From Lachnospiraceae bacterium (GTDB taxonomy: Bacteria > Bacillota > Clostridia > Lachnospirales > Lachnospiraceae), in contig JAEEIK010000143.1 of assembly GCA_016281335.1 (NCBI GenBank), positions 12,436 through 76,435 of the forward strand: DNA of 64,000 bases, read 5' to 3'. Position 1 is the stretch's first letter. The number at the start of each line of letters is the position of its first letter. Both the position numbers and the translations under genes were made by a program. The notes under the pieces were generated by a model. The model was given only the letters and a program-made list of their open reading frames with translations. It was not told the DNA's origin and searched no databases. Positions 18,783 through 28,230 of the stretch are shown here, one piece after another.

Positions 18783-20546
18783 ATGGCCAACAAGGTACTG
18801 ACGATCTACATCTCATCCGACGCGATACGCGTTGCTGAGATGCAGAAGAACAACAAGCAGGTGATCCTGAGCAATGCCTCGGAAATTACCACTCCGGCTG
18901 GCTGCTTTAATGACGGATATCTGCTGGATGTGACTTCTGCTGCTGAAGCAGTCAGGCAGGCGATCTTCGGCAGGGGGTTTTCGGCGAAAGATGTATTTTT
19001 CACGATCTCCAGTAAGAAGATTGCAAGCAAGGAAGTAGAGGTAAACTATTTTAAGGACACCAAAAAGCTGGGGAACATACTCCAGGCCAACTCGGGAGAA
19101 TACTTCCCGATGAGTAATTCCGGAGATTATGTCTTCGCATATTCGATCCTCGAGGATTACATGACTGAAGAGGGGAGAAAGTACAGAGTGTCGGCTGTTG
19201 CGGCTCCTACCGATCTGATAAGAGGGTATTACGAACTTGCCGACGAATTAAAACTTAATGTAAAGAATATTGATTACTTCGGTAATTCAGTCATACAGCT
19301 GCTCAGCATGCAGATGACACCGGGACGTACCGATCTGGTCATCCAGATTGAAAAGGACGTAACCTACGTAAACGTTATGCGAGGCAGCGTGCTCGTATTA
19401 CAGCGTAGCGTCAACTATGGCAAGAATGCCGTTACCAACGCCCTGATGGATGTCAAGAAGATATCCGAGAAGGATGCCAAGACGCTGTTATCAAATGAGA
19501 CCTTGCTTGACCAGCACGTTACGGCTGATGAATATGCATCGGCTGTACAGTATCTGGTAAACGGTATAGGACGCGCGGTTGAGTATCACAGACAGAAGAA
19601 CCCCGGCGAGCTGCTGCAGGGTATCAAGATCTTCGGCGAAGGTTCATCCATAGCCGGTATCGAGAAGATACTCCAGAGAGAGCTGGGAGCCCAGGTTGAG
19701 CATTTTGAGACTCTTTCGGGCGTTGTCATAAGAGGACAGGCTTCTCTTACCGCTGAAGAAGTGCTCAGATACCTGCCGAACATCGGCTGTGTTATAGACC
19801 CGATGAGTCTGATGATCAAGTCAGGCAAGAAAGACAGCTCTATAGGAAGCGCAGATCTGATCAAGGCATTGAGAATAATACTTGCCCTCGCTGCTATATT
19901 CTCTATAACTTTCTGTGTTATTACTTATATACAGCATGACAAGGCAGTCAAGGAAAGGGATAGGATAAAGGCGGAGATAGAGAAGATAAAGGACATCGAA
20001 GAAATAGCCAATGAATATGACCGGGCAATGAAAGAATATGACCTGATGGTCGCATTTGAAAAGACTACACATAATGATAATGAATACGTTCTTCAGTTCA
20101 TAGAAGATATGGAGAAACTCCTGCCGGTTGAGACCAGAGTCAATAAGATCGAATGTATCAACGGTGACTGGAAGATGGATGTTGAGACCGGATGGCACGA
20201 TTACAACAAGAACGAAGTTGCCGATGTGATCGTACAGCTCGGAGGTCTCGAATATCTTAAAGATCTCAGGATAGAGTCCGTGGAAGAAGAATATAAGTAC
20301 CTCATTCTTACGGGACTTGATGATGACGGGAATTATGTATATGCTACCAAGCCCAAAGAGAAGGATGATGATCCTCTTGAGTATGTGGAAGCCGATAAGA
20401 TGGACGAGAACGAAGAGGATACCTACGGGGATATGCCTGTCATTACCAAGGTAAAGTCTAAATATGAGTTTAAATGCCATATAGGCTTCCCTGAAGAAGT
20501 CGAAGAAGAGGCTGCAGCCTCTGAAGAAGGAGGTGCAGCAGAATGA
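18783..20546 (+). CDS. pilM: Type IV pilus PilM-PilN fusion protein
   Basis: N-terminal actin-like PilM domain (IFGEGSSIAGI), then a TM helix (LRIILALAAIFSITFCVITY), coiled coil and PilN-like region. Confidence 0.8.
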   Translation: MANKVLTIYISSDAIRVAEMQKNNKQVILSNASEITTPAGCFNDGYLLDVTSAAEAVRQAIFGRGFSAKDVFFTISSKKIASKEVEVNYFKDTKKLGNILQANSGEYFPMSNSGDYVFAYSILEDYMTEEGRKYRVSAVAAPTDLIRGYYELADELKLNVKNIDYFGNSVIQLLSMQMTPGRTDLVIQIEKDVTYVNVMRGSVLVLQRSVNYGKNAVTNALMDVKKISEKDAKTLLSNETLLDQHVTADEYASAVQYLVNGIGRAVEYHRQKNPGELLQGIKIFGEGSSIAGIEKILQRELGAQVEHFETLSGVVIRGQASLTAEEVLRYLPNIGCVIDPMSLMIKSGKKDSSIGSADLIKALRIILALAAIFSITFCVITYIQHDKAVKERDRIKAEIEKIKDIEEIANEYDRAMKEYDLMVAFEKTTHNDNEYVLQFIEDMEKLLPVETRVNKIECINGDWKMDVETGWHDYNKNEVADVIVQLGGLEYLKDLRIESVEEEYKYLILTGLDDDGNYVYATKPKEKDDDPLEYVEADKMDENEEDTYGDMPVITKVKSKYEFKCHIGFPEEVEEEAAASEEGGAAE

Positions 20547-21382
20547 ATTTAACGGACAGAGATCGAAAAACAATACTCCTGCTCCTGATCATCGCTGTAA
20601 TAGCTTTGCCCTATACATTCTATATACAGGATACCAGAGAGGATACCGAAAAGGTTAATGCTGAGATAACAACCCTTAACGAAACTTATAACAGACTGAG
20701 CCAGATGAATGAAAAGAGAGATTTCTATATATCCGAGACTCAGAGATACAAAGATGAAACGCTTAAGCTGATAGCAATGTTCCCGGCTGATGTAAAGCCC
20801 GAGAACTACACCATGTTCCTCTTAAATACAGAGTACAGTTCAGATAAGATACCTGTTGAAGTGGAAGAGGGGGAAGAGGATTACGGCCTGTATAAGCTGG
20901 AGTTCCCTATAAGGTTTAATTCCTACAGCTACGGAACAAATGAGGAATTTGCCCTGGCTGATGATGAAGTGCAGCTTGATTATACGGCGCTTACAAACAA
21001 AGCCGGAGTTTCTTTCTTCTGTGAATATGATGCTATGAAATATATGCTGAAGTATCTCATGGATTACAAGGATCCTATGATATACTCGACTTTCAAGTGC
21101 GAGATGGATCAGGAAACCGGTGTGCTGAAGGGCGAGATGATACTTGAACAGTTTGCTATTGCCGGAAGCGACAGAAAACTTGACGATGTGGTTATCGATC
21201 CCGATGTGGACAAGCTTAAGATGAGAGGCGTTGATCTGGATGAGACCAACGAACATGGTATCTTCGGTACTACCGTAAAGCCCGGTACCGAGGAAGAAGA
21301 GGAAGAAGAAGGCGAAGGTGAGGGCGAGGGTGAAGAAGGCGCCGACGCTGAAGCCGATACTGAAGCGGCTGCAGAAGAATAA
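20543..21382 (+). CDS. PilO-like type IV pilus alignment protein
   Basis: MNLTDRDRK..LLLLII N-terminal anchor, coiled coil, position after pilMN, acidic tail. Confidence 0.65.
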   Translation: MNLTDRDRKTILLLLIIAVIALPYTFYIQDTREDTEKVNAEITTLNETYNRLSQMNEKRDFYISETQRYKDETLKLIAMFPADVKPENYTMFLLNTEYSSDKIPVEVEEGEEDYGLYKLEFPIRFNSYSYGTNEEFALADDEVQLDYTALTNKAGVSFFCEYDAMKYMLKYLMDYKDPMIYSTFKCEMDQETGVLKGEMILEQFAIAGSDRKLDDVVIDPDVDKLKMRGVDLDETNEHGIFGTTVKPGTEEEEEEEGEGEGEGEEGADAEADTEAAAEE

Positions 21383-21393
21383 GTAAAGAAGTA

Positions 21394-21436
21394 AAGGACC
21401 GTACCTGATAAGCTCCTGCGTCAGGTACGGGACCTT
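21394..21436. other. Intergenic hairpin between pilO and the pilin genes
   Basis: 10-bp stem ccgtacctga/tcaggtacgg plus outer aagg/cctt; no U tract. Confidence 0.55.
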
Positions 21437-21466
21437 AAAAGCAAGGCAGGAGAAAGGAGGAATCCC

Positions 21467-22198
21467 ATGGACATCACGGAAAGGAAAAAGCGCAATAACA
21501 AAGGTCTCACATTGCTGGAGGTACTGATAGCTGTATGTCTGTTTGCCATAGTATTGGCACCTATTTCAGCCTCATTACTGACTGCATTGAAGATCAATAT
21601 CAGATCAAGACAGTTATTGACAGCTACGGATGTAGCCCAGACTCTGATGGAGTCTTTCTCGGAAAAGACCTATGAGGAGTGCAAGAATACCGTTACTGCA
21701 CTGGGCGGTACACTGGCTACGGGATTCGCTTCCATTGATGAGGGATATTACAATCAGAATGCAAATTCTTCCGGCATTCCCTGGTCTTCGGTGAGTTCTT
21801 ATATCACTCTCAACAGCGTCGGACAGACTACGATTACCGATCCGGATACCGGCGCCGTGTTAAGTAAGAGCAATAAGTTGTGGATAAATGACAGTGAAGT
21901 TATTAATAAGATTTATGCAAGGGTTTTGAAAACAGTATGTGCAGATAAGAAGCTTTACTATACCGTAAGCCCGGGTGGCGAATTTATGTACATAGGTTAT
22001 ACAGGCATCAATGCCAAGGGAATGACTTTTGATGCTGTGGTTTCTTTCCTGCCGGTTCCCAACGCTTCAGATGATCATTGGTATACATATGAAGTGTTTG
22101 TTGATGTATATCAGTACAAGGGTGAGACGGCTGCTGACAGACTCACAAAACCTACTGTTAGTCTCAAAAGTGGTATACTTTGGAAAGCAAGGCTCTGA
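21467..22198 (+). CDS. Type IV minor pilin (PilV-like)
   Basis: Class III signal KRNNKG|LTLLEVLIAV. Confidence 0.88.
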   Translation: MDITERKKRNNKGLTLLEVLIAVCLFAIVLAPISASLLTALKINIRSRQLLTATDVAQTLMESFSEKTYEECKNTVTALGGTLATGFASIDEGYYNQNANSSGIPWSSVSSYITLNSVGQTTITDPDTGAVLSKSNKLWINDSEVINKIYARVLKTVCADKKLYYTVSPGGEFMYIGYTGINAKGMTFDAVVSFLPVPNASDDHWYTYEVFVDVYQYKGETAADRLTKPTVSLKSGILWKARL

Positions 22199-22217
22199 GA
22201 AAGGGAGGGTGTAGAAG

Positions 22218-23798
22218 ATGAGGATGAAGAAAGGTAACAAAGGTGCTGCGCTTGTAACTGTCCTGGTAGCCACCACTTTCATGACAGTACTGGTGACCAC
22301 ATTGCTCTATATGTCATATATGAATTATCTGACCAAGAGCATGAGGCATGTATCGACGGACAATTTCTATACGGATGAATTTGCACTCGACGATCTGGCT
22401 ACGGCCCTGCAGGAAGTCGGCGCTGACGGAACTACCGGAAAAGATGAGGTGGTAGCTTATGCCAGCCCTGACGGCGGTAGTACCTGGAGTGCAGGAAAGC
22501 TGGAAAGCCTGATACAGGTGGCCAGACAGGAGGCTACCATAAATGTAAGCTGCCCTACAGGAAAGAGCCCGGAAATGAAGGTGACAAGCAGTTCAGTTAC
22601 TTTTAAGAATGTAAAGCTTACGTCGAAAACACATAAAGGCGGATATGTATCAAATATAGTGTCAGATATAACAATAGCATGGCCGGATCAGCCAAAGAAG
22701 AGCTACGGTATATATGATTTCAGTCTTATCACAGATTCTCAGATACTTGTTAAGACAGGGCAGGTTGCTATGGGCGGATGCCTGTATTGCAGACAGCAGA
22801 CGGGTAAAGACTGGGCCATAAAGATTGAGAGTTCGGGCGTGCTTAACCTGAACTGCCCTACAGGCATAATACATGGAAAGATAGTCGTAGAAAACGGCGG
22901 AGCATTGTGTGTGGCAGGTGATATCTATGTTACCGGCGGAATCGAGATCAAAGAAGGCGGTATGATGTTTGTAACCGGAAACGTTGAATATGCAGGCACT
23001 GAGCCTAATTCCAGCCGTGTAAAAGGCAAAACTTCGAATGTCAAGCGTCATCCCGGAACCGATGCGGAAGTAGCTGCATGGGTACAGGAATTTGATAATC
23101 TTGCCGGAACAAACGGATTTACGGGCGGTATGGTCAATACCCATTGCCGTCTCCTGAAAGACGGATCCACTACAGACTGGTTTTATGCTGACAGTACCAG
23201 TCAGGGAAAGAATTATATGTTCTACAATGTGCAGTTTGGTGACGGCTACAGCAAACCTTCCAAGACTTTATCGGACGGAAGTAAGAGCTATGCTATGGTG
23301 GGCGGACCTTACAGCACATTCAATGAGAACTGTTTCTCGGATACTTTGCTTATATCAAACAGAAATAATATGTTTATAAGAGGTAACCTTATCAATTCGA
23401 CAATAATACAGCCGGCTAACAGTACCATCACGCTTGATATACAGGCATCTCCCACATATCTCGGAAAGATGACCGAAGAGTCATACGAAGGCGCTAAGGA
23501 TGTCCTGTTTGATTCCGGACTTGAGAATGTCGGTGGTAATGTTCCGAAATTTGTGAGTGGTTATTTTGCAGATTACAAAGATAGTACAGAGTTGCATGAG
23601 TTCAGCAATTCAGGATCGGATTTCAGCACAGGTGTTATCCATTATTACAGGATAGGGCAGAAGAATGTTCTTCCGGTAGCAAGCCTTATCACTCCTGATG
23701 CAGAACCTAATGTAGGCAAGCTTCTGGCTATTGCCCAGGGAGCAACTGTTAAGCCTGAAGATTCATTTATCATTTACAACAACTGGTATAAGGAATAA
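22218..23798 (+). CDS. PilX/PilK-like minor pilin
   Basis: KKGNKG|AALVTVLV signal lacking Glu5, followed by a large beta-rich C-terminal region. Confidence 0.75.
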   Translation: MRMKKGNKGAALVTVLVATTFMTVLVTTLLYMSYMNYLTKSMRHVSTDNFYTDEFALDDLATALQEVGADGTTGKDEVVAYASPDGGSTWSAGKLESLIQVARQEATINVSCPTGKSPEMKVTSSSVTFKNVKLTSKTHKGGYVSNIVSDITIAWPDQPKKSYGIYDFSLITDSQILVKTGQVAMGGCLYCRQQTGKDWAIKIESSGVLNLNCPTGIIHGKIVVENGGALCVAGDIYVTGGIEIKEGGMMFVTGNVEYAGTEPNSSRVKGKTSNVKRHPGTDAEVAAWVQEFDNLAGTNGFTGGMVNTHCRLLKDGSTTDWFYADSTSQGKNYMFYNVQFGDGYSKPSKTLSDGSKSYAMVGGPYSTFNENCFSDTLLISNRNNMFIRGNLINSTIIQPANSTITLDIQASPTYLGKMTEESYEGAKDVLFDSGLENVGGNVPKFVSGYFADYKDSTELHEFSNSGSDFSTGVIHYYRIGQKNVLPVASLITPDAEPNVGKLLAIAQGATVKPEDSFIIYNNWYKE

Positions 23799-23808
23799 GG
23801 AGGCTGTT

Positions 23809-24306
23809 ATGATAAAGAATAGGAGAAATAAGGGTCTGACATTGGTCGAAATCTTAATAGCCATATCTGTGTTCACTGTTGTCATGGGCATGATAGGGCT
23901 GTCGGTTTCAACTATAAAAAGAGGCAATTTTAAAAAGGCAACCGAAAAGCTTCAGAGCGTGATCTCTACGGCCAGGACACAGACTATGGCAAAAGGGGAG
24001 GTAGCAGGTGCATTCCTGGTGAATACCAGAGCGGACGGTTCCGTATGGGCCAAGATAAGCAATACGGAAGAGACTTTTATTTGCAACAAAGGTATAACGG
24101 TATCATTTGTATCTTCATATAACGGTCCCAATGTAGTTAATCCGGTAAATGCAAGTATGCTTACCTTTACTACGTCGGGGGCTATTGATTGGGGGGCTTT
24201 GGGCGATACCGGCGGAAAGTATTATCTGCAGTCTAAGGACGGTAAATTAAGGGCAGAAGTGATCATCTACCCTTTTACAGGCAAGACAGCGGTTAAGTAT
24301 CTGTAA
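23809..24306 (+). CDS. Type IV pilin-like protein
   Basis: RRNKG|LTLVEILIAI; start moved to ATG 23809 behind RBS aaggagg. Confidence 0.88.
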   Translation: MIKNRRNKGLTLVEILIAISVFTVVMGMIGLSVSTIKRGNFKKATEKLQSVISTARTQTMAKGEVAGAFLVNTRADGSVWAKISNTEETFICNKGITVSFVSSYNGPNVVNPVNASMLTFTTSGAIDWGALGDTGGKYYLQSKDGKLRAEVIIYPFTGKTAVKYL

Positions 24307-24326
24307 GAGGAAAGGGAAAGGAGGAT

Positions 24327-26015
24327 ATGATGAAAGCGGAAAGAAAAGGTTTTACCCTGGTAGAGATGATCGTTGCAATGGCTGTTCTGGCTATTGTCCT
24401 CGGTGAAGTAGGCATGGTCTTATCCAATACGACCAAGATCTATTCCAAAAGCTCATATGAGGTCTCTCTTCAGGCCGAGGCACAGCAGGCTGTGCAGTCT
24501 ATGGAAAACATAATGATAGATGCCACTAAGGAGATAAAGCAGTCCGGCAGTAATATAATTGTAACTAATTATATTGACAAAGCTGCAGGAACAACAACTT
24601 CTTATACTTTCTATCTGCAGAAAGACCGGGCTGACAGGGATTATAACACTCTGTATTGTTCTCAGGACGGAGGAATCGGTGTTCCCATAGCAGAATTTGT
24701 CAAGACCATGTCACTTGATACCTCAGCTTATACTACCAACAGTGTGGTAAGTCTCAAGCTTGAGATGGAAGGCGAGGGCGGCTATAAGTATAATATGGCC
24801 AAGAATATATACAACAGAAATGAAATAGGAACAGGTACCATCGATCCTGATGATCTGACACCGGGAACCGGCTTGAAGGAGATCAATGTACTCAGATTCC
24901 ATGAGTATAACCTTAAAAAAGAACTTCCTTATGACAAGAACTGGGTAAGCGCGGTATTTGATGATCCTACATCAGCTACAGTTTATTATGAATTATCAGG
25001 CATGGTCCTGAAAGCTAACTCTCATCTCAACCAGCTTGAAGACCAGGTAGGCAAATTTGATATAACCTGTAAGGCTGATGATAACAGCGAGTATAAGATA
25101 AGCATATACTCGGAGAAACCGCAAGTGATCGGTGATTATTATCTCTTCTATGCTTATACTAATCAGGAAGCTGTTTGTAAGTCATATTTTCCTATTAAGG
25201 GTTATGATGTAACGGCGGCTTCGACAGCTAAACTTGAATGGTATATGGGATCGAGTTTATTAGGATCTAAGACGGTGAATTGCAGCAGTACTGACCTGAA
25301 ATTCCCGGTACCTAAAAGAAAATTTCCCAGTGATACTAATAATATATATGAGAACCAATTTGATGGAGTATCTTTAACATACGGTTCAGAGTTTTCGGGT
25401 AACAATGTGACGTTTTCGATGGGCAGAATGATGTATTCCGACGGTTATGCGTCATTGATGTATCAGTATGATGTATTACAGTGGGCAAAAGCTACGATCA
25501 CATGGCCTAACGGCAAGACTCTTGAATTCAGAGCATTCTTGCATCCTGAAGGACCCAGTGGTTCCATATTCAGCGCGGCTCAGAAAGAAAAATTCTGGGA
25601 TCTGGTTGCTGCAGGCGGCGGTTCCAATGACTCCTGGACCAATAACGGTGAAGGAGACGGCGGCGGAGACGGCGGCGATGGTGGAGACGGCGGTGACGGC
25701 GGTGACGGCGGAGATGAAGGAAGCGAGACTGATTCTCTTTCAGTTTCAGAGGTCATTTATTATGATTATGGACAGATTGAAGTAAAGACAAACTATTCCG
25801 GGCCTAATGGAAATGCTAATATGAACTTTACTATCGTAGTTGATTTTGGCTATGAAGTAGATACGGCAGATGGAAGTATTTCCGGAACGACTGTAACATT
25901 TAGTAAAGGAATAAGTACAGGTTTTTATAATGCAGGTGTTGGTACGAGATTTAATGTAAGACTTAAAAATGTTACCGGACCGGTAACTCCGAGCGTTGTA
26001 AGCTTTTCGTACTGA
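24327..26015 (+). CDS. Large type IV pilin-like protein (PilW/PilJ-like) with a Gly-Asp linker and extra C-terminal domain
   Basis: RKG|FTLVEMIVAMAVL; (GGD)n linker near the C-terminus. Confidence 0.85.
   Translation: MMKAERKGFTLVEMIVAMAVLAIVLGEVGMVLSNTTKIYSKSSYEVSLQAEAQQAVQSMENIMIDATKEIKQSGSNIIVTNYIDKAAGTTTSYTFYLQKDRADRDYNTLYCSQDGGIGVPIAEFVKTMSLDTSAYTTNSVVSLKLEMEGEGGYKYNMAKNIYNRNEIGTGTIDPDDLTPGTGLKEINVLRFHEYNLKKELPYDKNWVSAVFDDPTSATVYYELSGMVLKANSHLNQLEDQVGKFDITCKADDNSEYKISIYSEKPQVIGDYYLFYAYTNQEAVCKSYFPIKGYDVTAASTAKLEWYMGSSLLGSKTVNCSSTDLKFPVPKRKFPSDTNNIYENQFDGVSLTYGSEFSGNNVTFSMGRMMYSDGYASLMYQYDVLQWAKATITWPNGKTLEFRAFLHPEGPSGSIFSAAQKEKFWDLVAAGGGSNDSWTNNGEGDGGGDGGDGGDGGDGGDGGDEGSETDSLSVSEVIYYDYGQIEVKTNYSGPNGNANMNFTIVVDFGYEVDTADGSISGTTVTFSKGISTGFYNAGVGTRFNVRLKNVTGPVTPSVVSFSY
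25653..25715 (+). repeat. Degenerate 9-bp coding tandem repeat, (GGD)n linker
   Basis: ggcggtgac-like units encode GDGGGDGGDGGDGGDGGDGGD. Confidence 0.85.
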
Positions 26016-26039
26016 TAAAAACGGTGTAAGATTTAACAC

Positions 26040-26097
26040 TTGCAAAAAAAAATATAATGTTGTATGCTATTGCGCGTGAGTATATCTCACGCGCAAT
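26040..26097 (+). promoter_or_regulatory. Putative topA promoter followed by a perfect 12-bp inverted repeat
   Basis: TTGCAA-N17-TATGCT (A9 run extending from the -35 into the spacer), then attgcgcgtgag-tatat-ctcacgcgcaat. Confidence 0.55.
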
Positions 26098-26150
26098 CTA
26101 TATTATAGAAGAAAGAGGAAGGGCTGCGGCCTTAAGCTGCAGAAAAGAAA

Positions 26151-28199
26151 ATGGCTAAGAATCTGGTAATAGTGGAGTCGCCTGCCAAGGTGAAGACCAT
26201 CAAGAAGTTTCTGGGAACGAATTATGAGGTGCTGGCAAGCAATGGGCATGTCAGGGATCTGCCCAAGTCATCGCTGGGTATAGATGTAGAGCATGATTAC
26301 GAACCCAAGTATATAACTATAAGGGGCAAGGGCGATGTACTGGCAAAGCTTCGTAAGGAAGTAAAGAAGGCTGATAACGTGTATCTCGCAACCGACCCCG
26401 ATCGCGAGGGAGAGGCAATAAGCTGGCATCTGTTTGAAGGACTGAAGCTGGCTGAGAAGAAAGTGCACCGTATTACCTTTAATGAGATAACCAAGTCTGC
26501 GGTTAAGGAATCCTTAAAGAACCCGAGAGAGATAGATATGGATCTGGTGGATGCGCAGCAGGCCAGACGTATACTTGACAGAGTAGTGGGATACAGGATT
26601 TCCCCGCTTCTCTGGGGCAAGATCAAGAGGGGACTTTCTGCCGGAAGAGTGCAGAGTGTTGCTCTTCGTATAATATGCGACAGAGAAGACGAGATAGCGG
26701 CTTTCATTCCCAGGGAATACTGGAGCGTGGAAGCACAGTGTCATGCCGGAAGCGGAAAGAAAACTTTTACGGCTACCTTCCATGCAGATGAGAACGGCGG
26801 CAAGTCAATAGATACCAAGGCTGAAGCTGAACGCATAGAGAAGCTGGTTAAGAAGAACGGTCTTAAGGTAGTAGAGGTGAAGAGATCGGAACGCACGAGA
26901 AAAGCGCCTCTTCCTTTTACCACCTCCACGATGCAGCAGGAAGCTTCAAAGGTATTGAATTTCTCTACACAGAAGAGCATGATGACAGCTCAGAATCTTT
27001 ATGAAGATGGTTATATTTCTTATCTGCGTACCGATTCCACCAGAATATCCGACGAGGCTCAGGCAGCTGCCAATGAGTATATAGGAAGCCATTTCGGGAA
27101 TGAATATCTGGCTGAAGGCGCCAATGTAAAGAAAGATGACAAGAAGATACAGGATGCTCATGAGGCTATAAGACCTACGGATATCAGCCTGCTTCCCGAG
27201 ATGTTAAAGGCTAAACTGCCCAGGGACCAGTACAGACTGTACCAGCTGATCTGGAAGCGCTTTGCGGCAAGCCGTATGTCAAATGCGATGTATGATACCC
27301 TTTCCATAAGGCTGGATGCCGGAGGCGCGGAATTCAGGGCAAGCGCATCTGAGATTAAGTTTGACGGTTTTATGAAGGTATATACCGATGACGAGGATGA
27401 GAAGGCCGAGAACAGCTTCCTTATGAAAAATATTGACGAGAAGTCGGAGCTTAAAGTGGAAAAGGTTGAGATGAAGCAGCATTTCACCCAGCCGCCTGCG
27501 CACTTTACCGAAGCAAGCCTGGTAAGAGCGCTGGAAGAGCTTGGCATAGGCAGACCTTCGACTTATGCGCCTACGATCACGACGATAATAGCAAGACATT
27601 ATGTGATAAAGGAAAACAAGAATCTCTATGTTTCGGAACTTGGTGAAGTGGTTAACCGTGTTATGAAAGAGGAGTTCCCGGCCATAGTGGACGTGAACTT
27701 CACGGCTACGATGGAAGGTCTGCTGGATAATGTGGGCGAAGGCAAGATCAGCTGGAAGACGGTCATTGAGAATTTCTATCCCGATCTGGATGAGGCTGTA
27801 AAAAAGGCCGAGGCAGAGATGGAGAATATAGAGATAAAGGATGAGGAATCCGATGTGCAGTGTGAGAACTGCGGCAGGATGATGGTCATCAAGTACGGAC
27901 CTCATGGCAAGTTCTTAGCATGTCCCGGTTTCCCTGAATGCAGGAATACTAAGCCCTATTACGAGAAGACAGGAGTAATGTGTCCCAAGTGCGGCAAAGA
28001 TCTGGTAGCCCGCATGACCAAGAAGGGCAGGAGATACTATGGCTGCATCGATATACCCGAATGTGATTTCATGGTATGGAACAAGCCGGTCAAGACCAAG
28101 TGCGAACGCTGCGGTGGCTTAATGCTAAAGAAGGGCCGCAAGCTTGTCTGCGCAGATACAAACTGCGGATTTGTAACAGATGATACTGAGGAAATGTAA
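26151..28199 (+). CDS. topA: DNA topoisomerase I
   Basis: LVIVESPAK, ATDPDREGEAI, SAGRVQS, catalytic SYLRTDS, C-terminal zinc ribbons. Confidence 0.98.
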   Translation: MAKNLVIVESPAKVKTIKKFLGTNYEVLASNGHVRDLPKSSLGIDVEHDYEPKYITIRGKGDVLAKLRKEVKKADNVYLATDPDREGEAISWHLFEGLKLAEKKVHRITFNEITKSAVKESLKNPREIDMDLVDAQQARRILDRVVGYRISPLLWGKIKRGLSAGRVQSVALRIICDREDEIAAFIPREYWSVEAQCHAGSGKKTFTATFHADENGGKSIDTKAEAERIEKLVKKNGLKVVEVKRSERTRKAPLPFTTSTMQQEASKVLNFSTQKSMMTAQNLYEDGYISYLRTDSTRISDEAQAAANEYIGSHFGNEYLAEGANVKKDDKKIQDAHEAIRPTDISLLPEMLKAKLPRDQYRLYQLIWKRFAASRMSNAMYDTLSIRLDAGGAEFRASASEIKFDGFMKVYTDDEDEKAENSFLMKNIDEKSELKVEKVEMKQHFTQPPAHFTEASLVRALEELGIGRPSTYAPTITTIIARHYVIKENKNLYVSELGEVVNRVMKEEFPAIVDVNFTATMEGLLDNVGEGKISWKTVIENFYPDLDEAVKKAEAEMENIEIKDEESDVQCENCGRMMVIKYGPHGKFLACPGFPECRNTKPYYEKTGVMCPKCGKDLVARMTKKGRRYYGCIDIPECDFMVWNKPVKTKCERCGGLMLKKGRKLVCADTNCGFVTDDTEEM

Positions 28200-28230
28200 G
28201 TTTCGTCGTCCTGTATGATATAGAGGAAGA

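Noticed and set aside
21467-24420. Similar 5' ends of pilin genes as possible shufflon or recombination sites
   Set aside because: Similarity is at the protein level with synonymous divergence; there are no exact repeats, inverted cassettes or recombinase.
26044-26052. A9 tract in the topA promoter region as a phase-variation switch
   Set aside because: The run is short, lies in AT-rich intergenic DNA before a core topoisomerase gene, and there is no evidence of length variation.
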